Shown: piece after piece, positions 28,548 through 40,207 of the stretch
Numbering within the stretch: position 1 is the first letter of the stretch
Layout of the letters: the number at the start of each line of letters is the position of its first letter
NCBI GenBank assembly: GCA_963830915.1
Contig: CAWHOE010000019.1
Span: 1-64,000 of the forward strand
Length of the DNA stretch: 64,000 nucleotides
DNA from: a candidate division FCPU426 bacterium
Lineage (GTDB): Bacteria > Oederibacteriota > Muellerivitia > Muellerivitales > Muellerivitaceae
Direction of reading: 5' to 3'
Program-made: the position numbers and the translations under genes
The notes under the pieces: generated by a model
What the model was told of the DNA's origin: nothing
Seen by the model: only the letters and a program-made list of their open reading frames with translations
Databases searched by the model: none

Positions 28548-28940
28548 ACGTCAGAACGGGACTTACCGATTTAACGGAAAGGCCAGGCTCCCATCAGAAG
28601 GGATATTTACGGTCACCGGGCCTCTATAATCAAAGGCCCGTTATAACCAATACTCAGCCTAAGGGGGTTCGGCACAGCACAACTCATAAAACTCAGTTTT
28701 TGGCCGGGTCTTACTAGTGGATGAAAACCATCTTATCCCGTGGAACTCTCCTAATTCGGCTCCTTACTTCTCAGCTTTCAACGACATATTAGTCCGATAG
28801 ATGAAAAATGAGTCTTTTTGAGAAGTAAAATGGGGAAAACCGCGGGTGATAAAGTCTGAAAAATATTGCAGTTTGTAAGGCTGGACATTTTAATGATGAT
28901 GTAATTTTACGATTCAAAAAGATCGGGGAAGAACAAAAGA

Positions 28941-30928
28941 ATGAAAAGTCGAATGGCTGGATTGTTTTTGCTTCTTTTTTTTCATGCTTTTCCAGCATTT
29001 GGCGTCACCCCGATGGATTTTTATAACACACTGGTTGCAGGGGCCGACAACGCCGGCTACAAGGATGGTCCTTTTTATGATGCCCGATTTAACAATCCCT
29101 CCGGGCTTGCTTTCGATGACAAGGGAGAACGGCTTTTTGTGGCCGATACCAACAATCATCGTGTCAGGGTGATTTACCTGAATGAGGGAAACCGGGTAGA
29201 AACAATAGCGGGTAAGGATATCGCTGGAAAATCTGACGGACCCCTTTCTGTGGCGTCGTTCAATGGCCCAAGCGCCATAGCTTTTTTGCCAGAGGATCGT
29301 TTGGCTGTGGGTGATCTGGGCAATGGCCTTATTAGGCTCATCGACTTGAAAACCCAAAGTGTCACCACCCTGGGCGCCACGGGTGGAGTTTGGGACATGG
29401 TTTATTATCCCAAGGACGACAGCCTTTGTTTTTCCCTGTACGAAGGCCAAGGGCTTTACGAGATGGGCCTGAAATCGCGAGCGATTTCCCCAATTTTCAA
29501 TACCAACCCCCTTGTTCCCAGCCCTAGAGCGCTTTGTGTGGACGAGGGCCAGCTGATCGTGGCGGACTACGCCCTGCCGAGCATCTACCGGGTGGATATA
29601 GCCGCCACCACGACAAACGCGCAAGCCGCTGTTTCCTTGACGGAGGTGGGAAAGGGAAATCACGTTTTGGGACTCGCCGTTACCGACGGGATTATTTACG
29701 CCTTACAGGCTGGAGAGGAACCGTTAGCGCGGATAGCCCCTTTCTATAAACCGGTGAGCTTGGCAACGGCATGGGGGTTCATGATTGATAATCGGAATAA
29801 GAGCGCGGAACCTTTACTTCAATTTCCGGACGCGCAACCGGTTGGATTCGCGGCTTCCCCAAGGGAAGCCCGGAAACTGTATATCGCTCATCCGGGCGCT
29901 TCCTTTCAATCCATTGTCAGCGTCAAGGATTACGATTTTGACCAATGGTGGACGAACCATTCAAGCGTCGAGGCGAACCATTCTCCGACTGATTTTAATT
30001 ACCCAACGGCCAAACCGCCTAAAACCTATCGGATCCTGGTGATCGGGGGATCGATGGCATTTAACGAGGCCCCTTTCAAACCCAGTGAGAAGGATACCGA
30101 GCCCGGGATCGGCCTTGGACAAGCTGGGGACCAATCGCTTTTGACCGACACCATTGCCAAGAGACTCGAGTTTATGCTGAACGCCCAGGGAGCCTTGCAG
30201 GATGTAGATATCCATTTTGAAGTGCTGAACATGGACTGTCAGAATTCATCACACTGTTCTTGGGTTTATTATGAAGTCCCCTCACTGGTGGAAAAATACG
30301 ATGTGGACCTAGTCTTGGATATGGCAAATCGGCTGGGTTACGAGGATTATTTCGAAAGACCGATCAATAAATTCAGGGATCCCATCCGAAAAGGATGACC
30401 CAATATACCTAAAGAAACCTTTGCCCTCACGAGTACCAGTCGGTGACACGGCTTTGGTCTATAAGCGCGGAAAGAAAAAAGGACTGATCATGGATCATCG
30501 CCCTCTGCCGTCCTGGCAAAAACTCTTGGAATCCGGGGACCCAGAAGATCCGCAAGGGGCTTCTCAATATGGAAGGAAGGATACTGGGGCTTCTTTCCGG
30601 CAGGCTCCAGTCGATGAAAAATAAATCGGGGGATTCCCCTAAATTGGCCGTTTTTTTCGCTCCCCGGGGAGGAGATCCCGATAATGACGATTGCGAGTTA
30701 TTCTGGCGTGACCTCTGCGCCGAAAAAAATATCCCCTGGCTAGACCTCGCCCCCCCTTTCAACACGTTGAAAACCAGTTACTATCCCACCGGCCAATCAG
30801 GCGGATGGGTGGATTTCACCGTCTATGGGAACAGTTTAGTTTCCCTGCTTCTAACCGAGGAACTGATCCGGGATAATTGGATTCCCTTCAAGGCACCCCT
30901 GGGATTCATTCAAAAAGAGGAAAAATGA
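28941..30928 (+). CDS. NHL + SGNH-like protein, copy 2; two +1 frameshifts (~30369-73, ~30545-46)
   Basis: ORFs 28941..30398, 30421..30624 and 30569..30928 join collinearly with paralog 30925 (GIPSEKDDP.YL.KP; GDPEIRKGLLNMEG). Confidence 0.75.
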
Positions 30929-32871
30929 GAAAGAGTTCCTTTTCGCTTATTGTCCTGTTTCTTCTTCAAATGGGCGCAGTTTGGGCCATCACACCCATGG
31001 AGTACTTCAACAGCCTATTGGCAGGGGGAGATGACCCGGGATTCAGGGATGGGACCTTTTATGAGGCCCGTTTCCATCAGCCTGCCGGACTGGCCATTGA
31101 CGGAACGGGAGAGAAGCTTTTCGTGGCGGACAGTAGCAATCATCGGATCCGCCTGATCCATATGGATGAAAACAACCGGGTGGAAACCCTGGCCGGGACG
31201 GGTGTGATCGGTAAAACGGATGGTGCCTTGGCCCAGGCTTCTTTCAACACTCCGACCCTGCTGGCGTTGTTGCCGGGGGATCGATTAGCCGTCAACGATT
31301 CGGGGAACGGTCTTATTCGCATCGTCGACTTGAGATCCCAAAACGTGACCACCCTGGGTTCCGCCACGGGTGTTTGGGATATGGTCTACCATTCCAAGGA
31401 GGATTGTCTTTACCTGACCCAATTTGGGGGCGAAGCTCTATTAAGGATGGACCTTAGGACAGCGGCTATCTCGGTCGTTTTTATTAAAAATCCATTGGTC
31501 CCCCATCCGCTGGCCCTATGCGTGGATAAGGACCAGCTTTATGTGGCGGACAAGGATTTAGATTACGTTTATCGCGTGGAAACGGTGGCCGCGACGATCA
31601 CGGCTCAAACCCCGACGACCCTGACCATGGTTGGAAAAGGGGAGAATATCCTTCGGATGGCCGCGACCGATGGATCTCTTTACGCGATCCAATCGGGGAA
31701 AGACCCCTTTGCCCAGGTTGTTCCCAATTATAAAAGGGTTAGATTACCAACTCCCTGGGGGTTCATGGTCGAGGATCAAAAACCGGGAGTTGAGCCCTTT
31801 CTTCAATTCACAAATGACGTTCCTTCAGGTTTCGTCAGTTCCCCCGTTGAAAACCGTAAATTTTTCATCTCATCCCCTTGTGTCGGAACCCATTCCATCT
31901 ATAGCGTCAAGGATTACGATTTCGCCAAATACTGGGGGTCCTATTCTCACAGTTTGGTTTATGGGGGGGACATTTCAGATTTTAATTATCCAACCGTAAA
32001 ACCGCCGAAAACATACCGAATCCTCATAACGGGAGATTCCAAAGTTTATTCCGCGCCAGCCATGAACGAGGATACGACCCATTCCAAGATGGTTTTTACT
32101 TATACAAAACAGTTGGAACTCATGTTGAACACCCAGGCGGCTTTGGACGGGATGGATATCCATTTCGAGGTTTTGAACATGGGGCGCGGAGGTTCCGCCA
32201 TCAGCACGTACCTTTATGATGAGGGCCCTTTGCTTGTGGAAAAATACGACATTGATTTGGTACTCGGGGAGGCCATACTTTCTTGCTTCCAGAATTATTT
32301 CACCAATCCCATGCGGCCTATCGGGATCCCTTCTATGGGAGTGGATCCTGAGTTTCTTCTCAAACCAATAACTTCCCGCGTTCCCGAGGGCGCTCCGGCC
32401 CGCTTTTATCAACGCGCGAAAGAAAAAGGTTTCCTTCAAGATGGGCTTCCAATCATTCCTTCTTACACTTCTTTTCTAGGAGATGAGGTCATGCGCAAGG
32501 CGGTGGTGGAGATGGATGGGAAACCGCTCAAATTATTCAATGAAAAGCTTCAAACCATGAAAACCAAACAAGGAACCACTCCAAAGTTCTTGGTTTTTTT
32601 CACGCCCACGAGATTTTTTGACAATAACGATATGGTTGAATTTTTTTGGAAGGATGTTTGCGACCAATATGGAATTTCTTTTCTGGATCTGACGCCCGCT
32701 TATAACTCCTTGAATACAGCTTTTTATCCGAACAACGAGGCGTGTTGTTCAAATCATTATTTGGTTTATGGGAACACCCTCATCGCTTACCTTTTGACAC
32801 ATTATTTGGTCAGCCAAAAATGGATACCTTACAGGAACGCGGCGGAGTCGCCTTACAAAGTAAACAAATAA
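30925..32871 (+). CDS. NHL + SGNH-like protein, copy 3
   Basis: ATGA overlap at 30925, signal peptide, RILITGDS, FEVLNMG, NHY. Confidence 0.8.
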   Translation: MRKSSFSLIVLFLLQMGAVWAITPMEYFNSLLAGGDDPGFRDGTFYEARFHQPAGLAIDGTGEKLFVADSSNHRIRLIHMDENNRVETLAGTGVIGKTDGALAQASFNTPTLLALLPGDRLAVNDSGNGLIRIVDLRSQNVTTLGSATGVWDMVYHSKEDCLYLTQFGGEALLRMDLRTAAISVVFIKNPLVPHPLALCVDKDQLYVADKDLDYVYRVETVAATITAQTPTTLTMVGKGENILRMAATDGSLYAIQSGKDPFAQVVPNYKRVRLPTPWGFMVEDQKPGVEPFLQFTNDVPSGFVSSPVENRKFFISSPCVGTHSIYSVKDYDFAKYWGSYSHSLVYGGDISDFNYPTVKPPKTYRILITGDSKVYSAPAMNEDTTHSKMVFTYTKQLELMLNTQAALDGMDIHFEVLNMGRGGSAISTYLYDEGPLLVEKYDIDLVLGEAILSCFQNYFTNPMRPIGIPSMGVDPEFLLKPITSRVPEGAPARFYQRAKEKGFLQDGLPIIPSYTSFLGDEVMRKAVVEMDGKPLKLFNEKLQTMKTKQGTTPKFLVFFTPTRFFDNNDMVEFFWKDVCDQYGISFLDLTPAYNSLNTAFYPNNEACCSNHYLVYGNTLIAYLLTHYLVSQKWIPYRNAAESPYKVNK

Positions 32872-33065
32872 AACCAACACACCATGTTTTGATGACGCCT
32901 GAAATATTAAAAACCATTCAATTGAGTGAAAACAGAACGCTTTTTTGAACCTTTGAAAATTTAATATGAGTCATGGGATCGGTCTGGTTGGAATGCGAAA
33001 ATCTTGATAAAATATCTCGAGAATTTTTGAGCCCATTCCTATTTTGAAGCGTTTAAAGGATAAAA

Positions 33066-35081
33066 ATGAAAAAGAGTTTCATGGGCTCTGGTTTTCTCCT
33101 TGCCCTTTTTCTACCCTTCTCGTCATCAGTTTTCGCATTGAGCCCCATGGTCCAATTTCAGGACCTGGTGGCAGGAGAAGGGGATGCCGGGTTCGAGGAC
33201 GGGGCCTTCTATTCCGCCCGGTTCAACCTTCCTAGCGGATTATGCTTGAATGAAGATGGTTCTGTTTTATATGTGGCGGATTCGTCGAACAACCGCATTC
33301 GCGCCATCTTTTTGGACAAGAAAAATGAGGTCGAAACCCTCGCCGGAACAGGTAAAACAGGACGGATCGACGGCCCCCTTTCTATAGCTTCCTTCAATCA
33401 TCCTACGGCTCTGGCTGCGCTTCCAGACGCAAAAATAGCCGTCAATGACCTGGGGAATAATCTGATTCGATTGATCGACTTAAAAAACGAGACAGTTTCA
33501 ACATTGGCGGAAGTAAGCAGTCCCTTCAATATGGCCTACTTGCCATCCGATCAGAGTCTTTATTTCTCCCAACCTGGTTCAGGTACTCTTTCAAAACTTG
33601 ATCTGAAAACACACCTCGTCGAAACCATATTAATCAACAATCCTCTGTTACCCCGCCCGGCCGCCCTGTGCGTTTCGGATGGGAAGCTATTTTTGGCCGA
33701 CCTCATCCTCCCGGGGGTTTATGAGCTTCAAATGGAGATGAAAAAGCCGGAGGTGTCCCAGGCAAAGCCCCTGAACTCCACTCCGATCCCCACGGCGACC
33801 CCGATACTTTCCGTTTCATTGAGAACTGTGGGTTCAGCCCATAAAGTTCTCGCGTTGGCTGGGTTGGGGAAATCCCTTTACGCATTCCAAGCTGACACTA
33901 AGGAGCCCATTTTTAGACTTTATCCGGACTCGGCGCCGATCACTTTCGTTTCGATTTGGGGCGACCAACTCTTAAATCCGGAACCCGGCAATCTTTTAAG
34001 ACAATTCCAGGGGATAACCAACTGGGAACGAGCCGGGTTTATCGCTGATACCCGATCTGAAGGGCGTTATTACCTTACGAATCCTTCCTATGGAATCATC
34101 TCCACTTTCCGGGACTTGCGGTTCGCTGAACGTCTCCGCCCAAGCGAATCGGTGAACAGCGGAGGTATTGTCGATTTTGAGTATCCCTTAATAAAACCAG
34201 CACATACATTTCGGATTCTTTTAGTTGGAAGATCGTACCTTTTCTATACGGCTGATGATCATAAGTTCGAGAAACCAGGATTAGAAGCCGAGAGTGTTAA
34301 TCTTATGGATACTCTTGCGAACCGAATGCAACTCTACTTGAACACAAGGGCTGCTCTTGAGGACGTATCTTTACATTTTGAGGTCTTCAACGGTGGTATG
34401 CACCACGCCAACAATGAGATGAATGTTTGGTCTTATTATGTCGTTCCGCCCATAGTAAAAAAATATGATGTGGATCTTGTGGTGTTACTGAAAGACCCGG
34501 GTTTGGGATTTAACGTTTATTTTCAGTCGCCTTTGGATTCGCAGGGAGTGCCTGTCGACCGATACGATCCTGAGTTTGATCTTTTACCCAACTCGAAGAA
34601 ATTTAAATCCGGCACTCTGCATGACTTTTTTGAACTCTGTAAGACCAAAAAAATGATGCAGCCATTGGCCGAAAATCAATGGGTTTTTCCAGACATAGAC
34701 AGCATGGTCGCTGATCCTGAAATAGAAAAAAACATGATCAATATAATTGGCACTCCACTCAGGCTATTACGCAAAAAAATGGATTCTATGGGTGTCGGAG
34801 AACAACATCCGCGACTTGTTTATTGTTATTTCCCTATTTCTCAAGCTGTTACGTCAAGAGGCCAGAGAACTTTTTGGAAAGACTTATCCCGTGACGCCGG
34901 AGTATCTTTTTTAGATCTTTGTGACGACTTGACTGTTCTGGGGATGACATATTATCCGTATTCTGCAACCATGGGATCCGATCACTTTACCGTGAACGGC
35001 ATGAATGTTTTCAGTACGGTTTTGGCTTTTGAATTAATCCAGAATAAAATTATCCCATTCGAGAAAACAGCCGCGAAGTGA
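33066..35081 (+). CDS. NHL + SGNH-like protein, copy 4
   Basis: Signal peptide, LSPMVQFQDLVAGEG, RILLVGRSY, DHFT. Confidence 0.8.
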   Translation: MKKSFMGSGFLLALFLPFSSSVFALSPMVQFQDLVAGEGDAGFEDGAFYSARFNLPSGLCLNEDGSVLYVADSSNNRIRAIFLDKKNEVETLAGTGKTGRIDGPLSIASFNHPTALAALPDAKIAVNDLGNNLIRLIDLKNETVSTLAEVSSPFNMAYLPSDQSLYFSQPGSGTLSKLDLKTHLVETILINNPLLPRPAALCVSDGKLFLADLILPGVYELQMEMKKPEVSQAKPLNSTPIPTATPILSVSLRTVGSAHKVLALAGLGKSLYAFQADTKEPIFRLYPDSAPITFVSIWGDQLLNPEPGNLLRQFQGITNWERAGFIADTRSEGRYYLTNPSYGIISTFRDLRFAERLRPSESVNSGGIVDFEYPLIKPAHTFRILLVGRSYLFYTADDHKFEKPGLEAESVNLMDTLANRMQLYLNTRAALEDVSLHFEVFNGGMHHANNEMNVWSYYVVPPIVKKYDVDLVVLLKDPGLGFNVYFQSPLDSQGVPVDRYDPEFDLLPNSKKFKSGTLHDFFELCKTKKMMQPLAENQWVFPDIDSMVADPEIEKNMINIIGTPLRLLRKKMDSMGVGEQHPRLVYCYFPISQAVTSRGQRTFWKDLSRDAGVSFLDLCDDLTVLGMTYYPYSATMGSDHFTVNGMNVFSTVLAFELIQNKIIPFEKTAAK

Positions 35082-35221
35082 ATTTTGGCGCAATAATAAA
35101 TCGTCACTATTCAAGGAAGCGGTTTATTGCGTTCAATATATATTATGAATCCACGAGATTTATATTGTAATAAAGATGATTGTGATCTTGGTCTGAGAAA
35201 GTTAAGGGGGGGACAGTTTTA

Positions 35222-36013
35222 ATGCGTGAAAAAAAAACTGGAAATAAAATGGGAAGTTACAAAGGGCAAAATCCTGCGCAAAAAATGGGTCGCTCTAACA
35301 AAATGTTGTTTTCTGGTCGGGTTGATTTTGAAAAACATAAGGATATCTATCGCGAGGAAGTCCAGGGATCCATTTCGTTTATTGGAAAGGATGTTGATTT
35401 TTTCACGGCGGTCAAGGCCCGCCAACTGAGGTATTTAGCGGAAAAATATGTGGGTAAACCTTCGGGTTTGAAAGTATTGGATGTGGGTTGCGGTATCGGC
35501 TTGACGGACCGATTCTTGGCGGGACATTTTGGCAAGGTTTACGGGGTCGATGTCGCCAAAGGGTTGGTTAGAAAAGCCAAGGAAATAAACCCCTCCGCTG
35601 AGTATCGTTCGTACAAGGGAAAGGTTTTGCCCTATCCGGACAGTTCCATGGATATCACCTTCGCGATTTGTGTTCTGCACCATGTCCCGCCCGAGCAGCA
35701 TGACGATTTCATGGGGGAACTTCAGCGGGTCACCAAAGAGAACGGCCTCATCGTCATTTTTGAGCATAATCCAGTGAATCCATTGACCATCTACGCCGTC
35801 AGCCGATGCCGTTTGGATGACGACGCCATTCTCCTATCCATGGGGAAAACCCATCGTTTGATCACGACGCGGAACCTGCCGATCGTGGAGAAGGGATATA
35901 TACTATTCACGCCTTTTCGCGGGGCAGTCTTTACCCTTTTAGACAGGGCGCTGAGTTGGCTTCCGTTGGGCGCCCAGTATTACGTGGCCGGTATCAAAAA
36001 AGGCTCTCGCTGA
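35222..36013 (+). CDS. Class I SAM-dependent methyltransferase
   Basis: VLDVGCGIG motif I, CVLHH, FEHNP.NP. Exact start uncertain. Confidence 0.88.
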   Translation: MREKKTGNKMGSYKGQNPAQKMGRSNKMLFSGRVDFEKHKDIYREEVQGSISFIGKDVDFFTAVKARQLRYLAEKYVGKPSGLKVLDVGCGIGLTDRFLAGHFGKVYGVDVAKGLVRKAKEINPSAEYRSYKGKVLPYPDSSMDITFAICVLHHVPPEQHDDFMGELQRVTKENGLIVIFEHNPVNPLTIYAVSRCRLDDDAILLSMGKTHRLITTRNLPIVEKGYILFTPFRGAVFTLLDRALSWLPLGAQYYVAGIKKGSR

Positions 36014-36047
36014 CCCTGCCGAGTCGATCTACCGAGAAAGGTTCGAT

Positions 36048-38089
36048 ATGAAAAAGATCTCGATCGTTTTGGCGTTTCTTGCCCTTCTGAGTTTTAGTCC
36101 TGCCTTCGTATCCGCCTTGAGCCCCATCATCCAATTCCAGGATCTGGTAGCGGGAAATGGGAACCGGGGTTTTGAAGATGGCGCTTTTTACTCCGCCAGG
36201 TTCGACCATCCCTATGGCATGGCGCTTAATCTCGATGGATCAATTCTCTATTTAGCGGACCAATCGAATAATCGTATCCGGGTCATTTATTTGGATAAGA
36301 AAAACCAGGTCGAGACCCTGGCCGGGACAGGGGTCGCGGGCAGGCAGGATGGACCCGTATCCACCGCGACATTCAACGAACCCACAGCCTTGGCCTATTT
36401 GCCTGGGGATAAACTGGCTATCTATGATCTGGGAAATAGCCTTATCCGGCTTCTGGATCTCAAAACGCTGAATGTTTCGACCCTGGCGGGCGGTGGAAAC
36501 GTTTCTGCCGATTCGGCGGACGCGGCGCAAGTAGGGTTGGGCCAGATATGGAACCTGGTTTATTCTTCCCTGGATCAGAACCTATATTTTACCCAGCCGG
36601 ATGAAGGGCTCTTGAGGAAATTGAATATTAAGACCAACCGGATCGAGACGGTTCTTAAGGGGGACCCTCTCGCGCCTCATCCTGGCGCGTTGGCATTCGT
36701 GGATGGAAAACTTTATTTGGCCGACCAAAAACTCCCTCAAGTCTATGAAGTGCAAATGAAGGCCGGACCGGCGGTGGCGCCGATCACGCCGACCGTGACG
36801 CCCACCTTTGCCCCTCTGGCGGAATTAAAGGAAGTCGGCAAGGGAGTGACTATCCTCGCTTTGGCCGGTAATAAAGACGCTTTGTACGCCTATCAGTTCG
36901 ACCCTTCCGCGCCGATCGCGCGGATATTCCCAAGCCCCGGGCCCATCACTTTTTCCTCGGTGTGGGGATATAACTTGTGGAACCCAGCGCCGGGCGACTT
37001 GCTGCCTCATTTTCAGAATGTGAATTCATTCGACCATATCGGATTCATCCCGGATACACGAAACGACGGGAGGTTTTATCTGACGAATCCCTCTCATTCG
37101 GTCGTTTGGGCCTTCCGGGATTCGCGCTTAAGAGGTCATGACGACCATACCAGCGGCGAGGATCTGGGGAATAGCGGTGGTATTCATGATCTGGAATATT
37201 CCTTCAAAAAGCCGCCTGGGACCTACCGGGATCCTTCTCGTGGGGCGTTCTTACCTTTATTGGACGGCGAACGATAAGAAATTCGAGCAGAAAGAAACCA
37301 TCCCCGAAAATTCCAACCTGATGATCACGATCGCCAAGCGGTTGGAACTTTTATTGAATACCCAGGCGGCGCTGGAGGACAAACCCCTCCATTACGAGGT
37401 GTTGAACGGGGGGATGCACCATGCCACGAACGACATGAATACCTTTCCGTATTATGTCGTGCCGCCGCTCGTCAAGAAATATGACATTGACCTGGTGGTG
37501 TTCCTGCGGGATCCGGCGTTCGGGTTCGAGTACTATTTTCAATCGCCCCTGACCTCTGAGGGGGTACCTGGCGGACCATTATGATCCCGAGTTCGCGGTC
37601 AAACCCAACAAGGACAAATTCAAGCCCGGGCCCATTCGCGATTTTTTTGACCTGTGCAGAAAAAAGAAAATGATGAACGAGGTCTCGAACACCCTTTGGG
37701 TATTCCCGGATATCACCGGGATGATCCGGGACCCTGAGGTGCGGGAAGGGATGTTCTCGATCATCGGGAAACCGCTTGGAATGCTCAAGCAAAAGCTGGA
37801 AAAGAACGGGAATTGTCGAATGGTTTTCGGATATATGCCGACCGCTGAGATGAACCCATTCGCCGACCCGGACAAAAGGTCCTTTTGGAAAGATCTTTGC
37901 GACAGGGAAAAAATCCCCTTCTTCGATTTGTCGGACGATTTTGTGGCCCTGGGATTTACCTATTTTCCCTATTCGGGGAGCGCCGGTTCGGGCCATTTAA
38001 CGACGGAGGGTATGTCCTTTGTCGGCATGCTGGTGGCCCATGAATTGATCGCCCACAAATACATCCCGTTCGATTCGACGAACCCGTAA
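36048..38089 (+). CDS. NHL + SGNH-like protein, copy 5; two +1 frameshifts (~37228-30, ~37570-71)
   Basis: Removing one G at each site gives TYRILLVGRSY and GVPADHYDPEF, matching copy 4. Confidence 0.78.
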
Positions 38090-38090
38090 A

Positions 38091-40160
38091 ATGGCATCTA
38101 TGTCCCATTGTTCAAGAATCGCGTTCCTTCTTGGTCTTATATTCCCGCTTTTAATCCCCGCTGGCGCTCGCGCCCTGACCCCGGTCGTCCAGTACCAGGA
38201 CCTGGTGGCGGGGGAAGGCGCGCCCGGCTTCGAAGACGGGGACTTTTATTCCGCTCGATTCAATTATCCCATGGGTCTGGCCCTCAACACGGATGGTTCG
38301 ATCCTATACGTGGCCGATTTTCTGAACAACCGAATACGAGCGGTCCTCCTGGATAAAAAAAACGAGGTGGAAACCATCGCCGGGACAGGGGAGATGGGGA
38401 AAAAAGACGGGCCTGTCTCACTGGCGACTTTTTACCAACCCGCCTCCTTGGCTTGGCTGACCGGGGATGGTATCGCTGTCAGCGATCAGGGGAATCGGTT
38501 GATCCGGATGATCGATTTGAAAACAATGAACGTATCCACGATCGCCGGAGGCGGCTTGACGGGGAAACAGGATGGGGATGCGCTTCAAACCCAGATGTAC
38601 CCCGCGCGAGACCTGGTTTATGACCCGGTCGGGAACTATCTCTATTTTACTCAGCCGGAAGCGGGCGCGTTGCGCCGGTTGAACTTGAATACCCATTGGA
38701 TCGAAACGGTTTTAAAGGACAATGTTCAGGTACCCAATCCGGCCTCTCTTTGCCTGGCCGATGGAAAACTTTACTTGGCGGATAAAACCCTTCCCTCGAT
38801 CTATCAACTCAAGATAAAAGAGGGGAAAAAAGAGGCGGCACCCGAAGCGAAAAAAACAACATCGACTGTCGCAGCCCCGGCTGTGATCCCGGCGTTTGAA
38901 ATTGGTCTTGAGCGGGTGGGCCAAGGGCAAAGCATCATCGCTCTAACGGGGATGGATCAATCCCTCTATTGCTATCAAGCGGATCCTCAGGCGCCTATCA
39001 TCCGGATCTTCCCCAATCCCATGGGGGTGACCTTTGTATCGGTATGGGGGGATATCTTGATGAATCCTTCGGCGGCGCAATTACTTCCCCAGTTCGAGGG
39101 GGTGGGGGCGGGGGCGCAAGTTGGTTTCATCCCCGATCCTCGTTCCAAACGCCGTTTTTATGTGTCCAATCCGGCGATGTCGATAGTTTCTTCCTTTAGG
39201 GACTTGAGCATGTACACCGTTCATAGTTGCTATAATAACAGCCTCCGCATGACCGAGTTCGAATACCCCTATGAAAAACCCAAAGGAACTACCAGGATCA
39301 TGTTGGCCGGCAGATCGGTCATCTATTGGGGGGTCAACGATCATCAATTCGAACAGAAGAATCCAGCGGCCGAGGACGGCAACATCATGATCACGCTGGC
39401 CAAAAAGGTGGAACTGACACTGAACACCCAAGCGGCTTTGAATGACGTTCCGGGACATTTTGAGGTGTTCAACGCTGGCATGATCCAATCTCATCAGCTT
39501 TATGTCTGGCCTTATTATACCCTGGCCCCGATCGCCCAAAAATATGGTCTGGACTATCTGGTCATTATGATGGACTCGGGAACCTCATTGGCCTCCTATT
39601 TCCAATCCCCTGTGACGCCGGAAGGCGTCCCGGCAGAGTTCACGGACCCGGAATTCGTGGCTAAACCCGACTCTGAAAAATTCAAGACCGGCCCCCTTCA
39701 CGAACTTTTCGAAGTTTGTAAGAAGAAAAAAATGATCGATAACGAGCTCAAACCGGATTGGGTTATTCCTCCGTTGGGGACCATGGCGGCTGATCCGGAT
39801 GTGAGGGAAAAATTGGTCGATGTTTTGTCCCCCGCTTTTCAAGCGATCGAAGGAAAACTACGTTCAACAGCGGCTGGGGAGGGGAAGTCATGCCGTTTAG
39901 CCGTGTGTTTTTTCCCTCTTTCCATCGACACGCTCGATACAAAACCCTTGAGAACTTTGTGGAAGGAGATTTGTGTCAAGAACGATATGCCTTTCCTTGA
40001 TCTAACGGACGATTTCACCGTTTTGCGACCGACCTATTCCCCCTATAACGAGATCGGGGATGTTCATTTCACGGCTAATGGGCTAGGTCTATTTAGTACG
40101 ATCTTTGTTCATGAACTTATCAAGAGTAAATTGATACCTTTTGAAGCGATGAAACCATGA
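38091..40160 (+). CDS. NHL + SGNH-like protein, copy 6
   Basis: Signal peptide, LTPVVQYQDLVAGEG, RIMLAGRS, DVHFT. Confidence 0.8.
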   Translation: MASMSHCSRIAFLLGLIFPLLIPAGARALTPVVQYQDLVAGEGAPGFEDGDFYSARFNYPMGLALNTDGSILYVADFLNNRIRAVLLDKKNEVETIAGTGEMGKKDGPVSLATFYQPASLAWLTGDGIAVSDQGNRLIRMIDLKTMNVSTIAGGGLTGKQDGDALQTQMYPARDLVYDPVGNYLYFTQPEAGALRRLNLNTHWIETVLKDNVQVPNPASLCLADGKLYLADKTLPSIYQLKIKEGKKEAAPEAKKTTSTVAAPAVIPAFEIGLERVGQGQSIIALTGMDQSLYCYQADPQAPIIRIFPNPMGVTFVSVWGDILMNPSAAQLLPQFEGVGAGAQVGFIPDPRSKRRFYVSNPAMSIVSSFRDLSMYTVHSCYNNSLRMTEFEYPYEKPKGTTRIMLAGRSVIYWGVNDHQFEQKNPAAEDGNIMITLAKKVELTLNTQAALNDVPGHFEVFNAGMIQSHQLYVWPYYTLAPIAQKYGLDYLVIMMDSGTSLASYFQSPVTPEGVPAEFTDPEFVAKPDSEKFKTGPLHELFEVCKKKKMIDNELKPDWVIPPLGTMAADPDVREKLVDVLSPAFQAIEGKLRSTAAGEGKSCRLAVCFFPLSIDTLDTKPLRTLWKEICVKNDMPFLDLTDDFTVLRPTYSPYNEIGDVHFTANGLGLFSTIFVHELIKSKLIPFEAMKP

Positions 40161-40207
40161 CATGCCATAGAAAAATCTAAAATCAATTAGGTAAGGGAAA
40201 ATTTGAA

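Noticed and set aside
27978..28717. Small ORFs across the repeat arrays
   Set aside because: By-products of 43-bp repeats whose period is not a multiple of 3.
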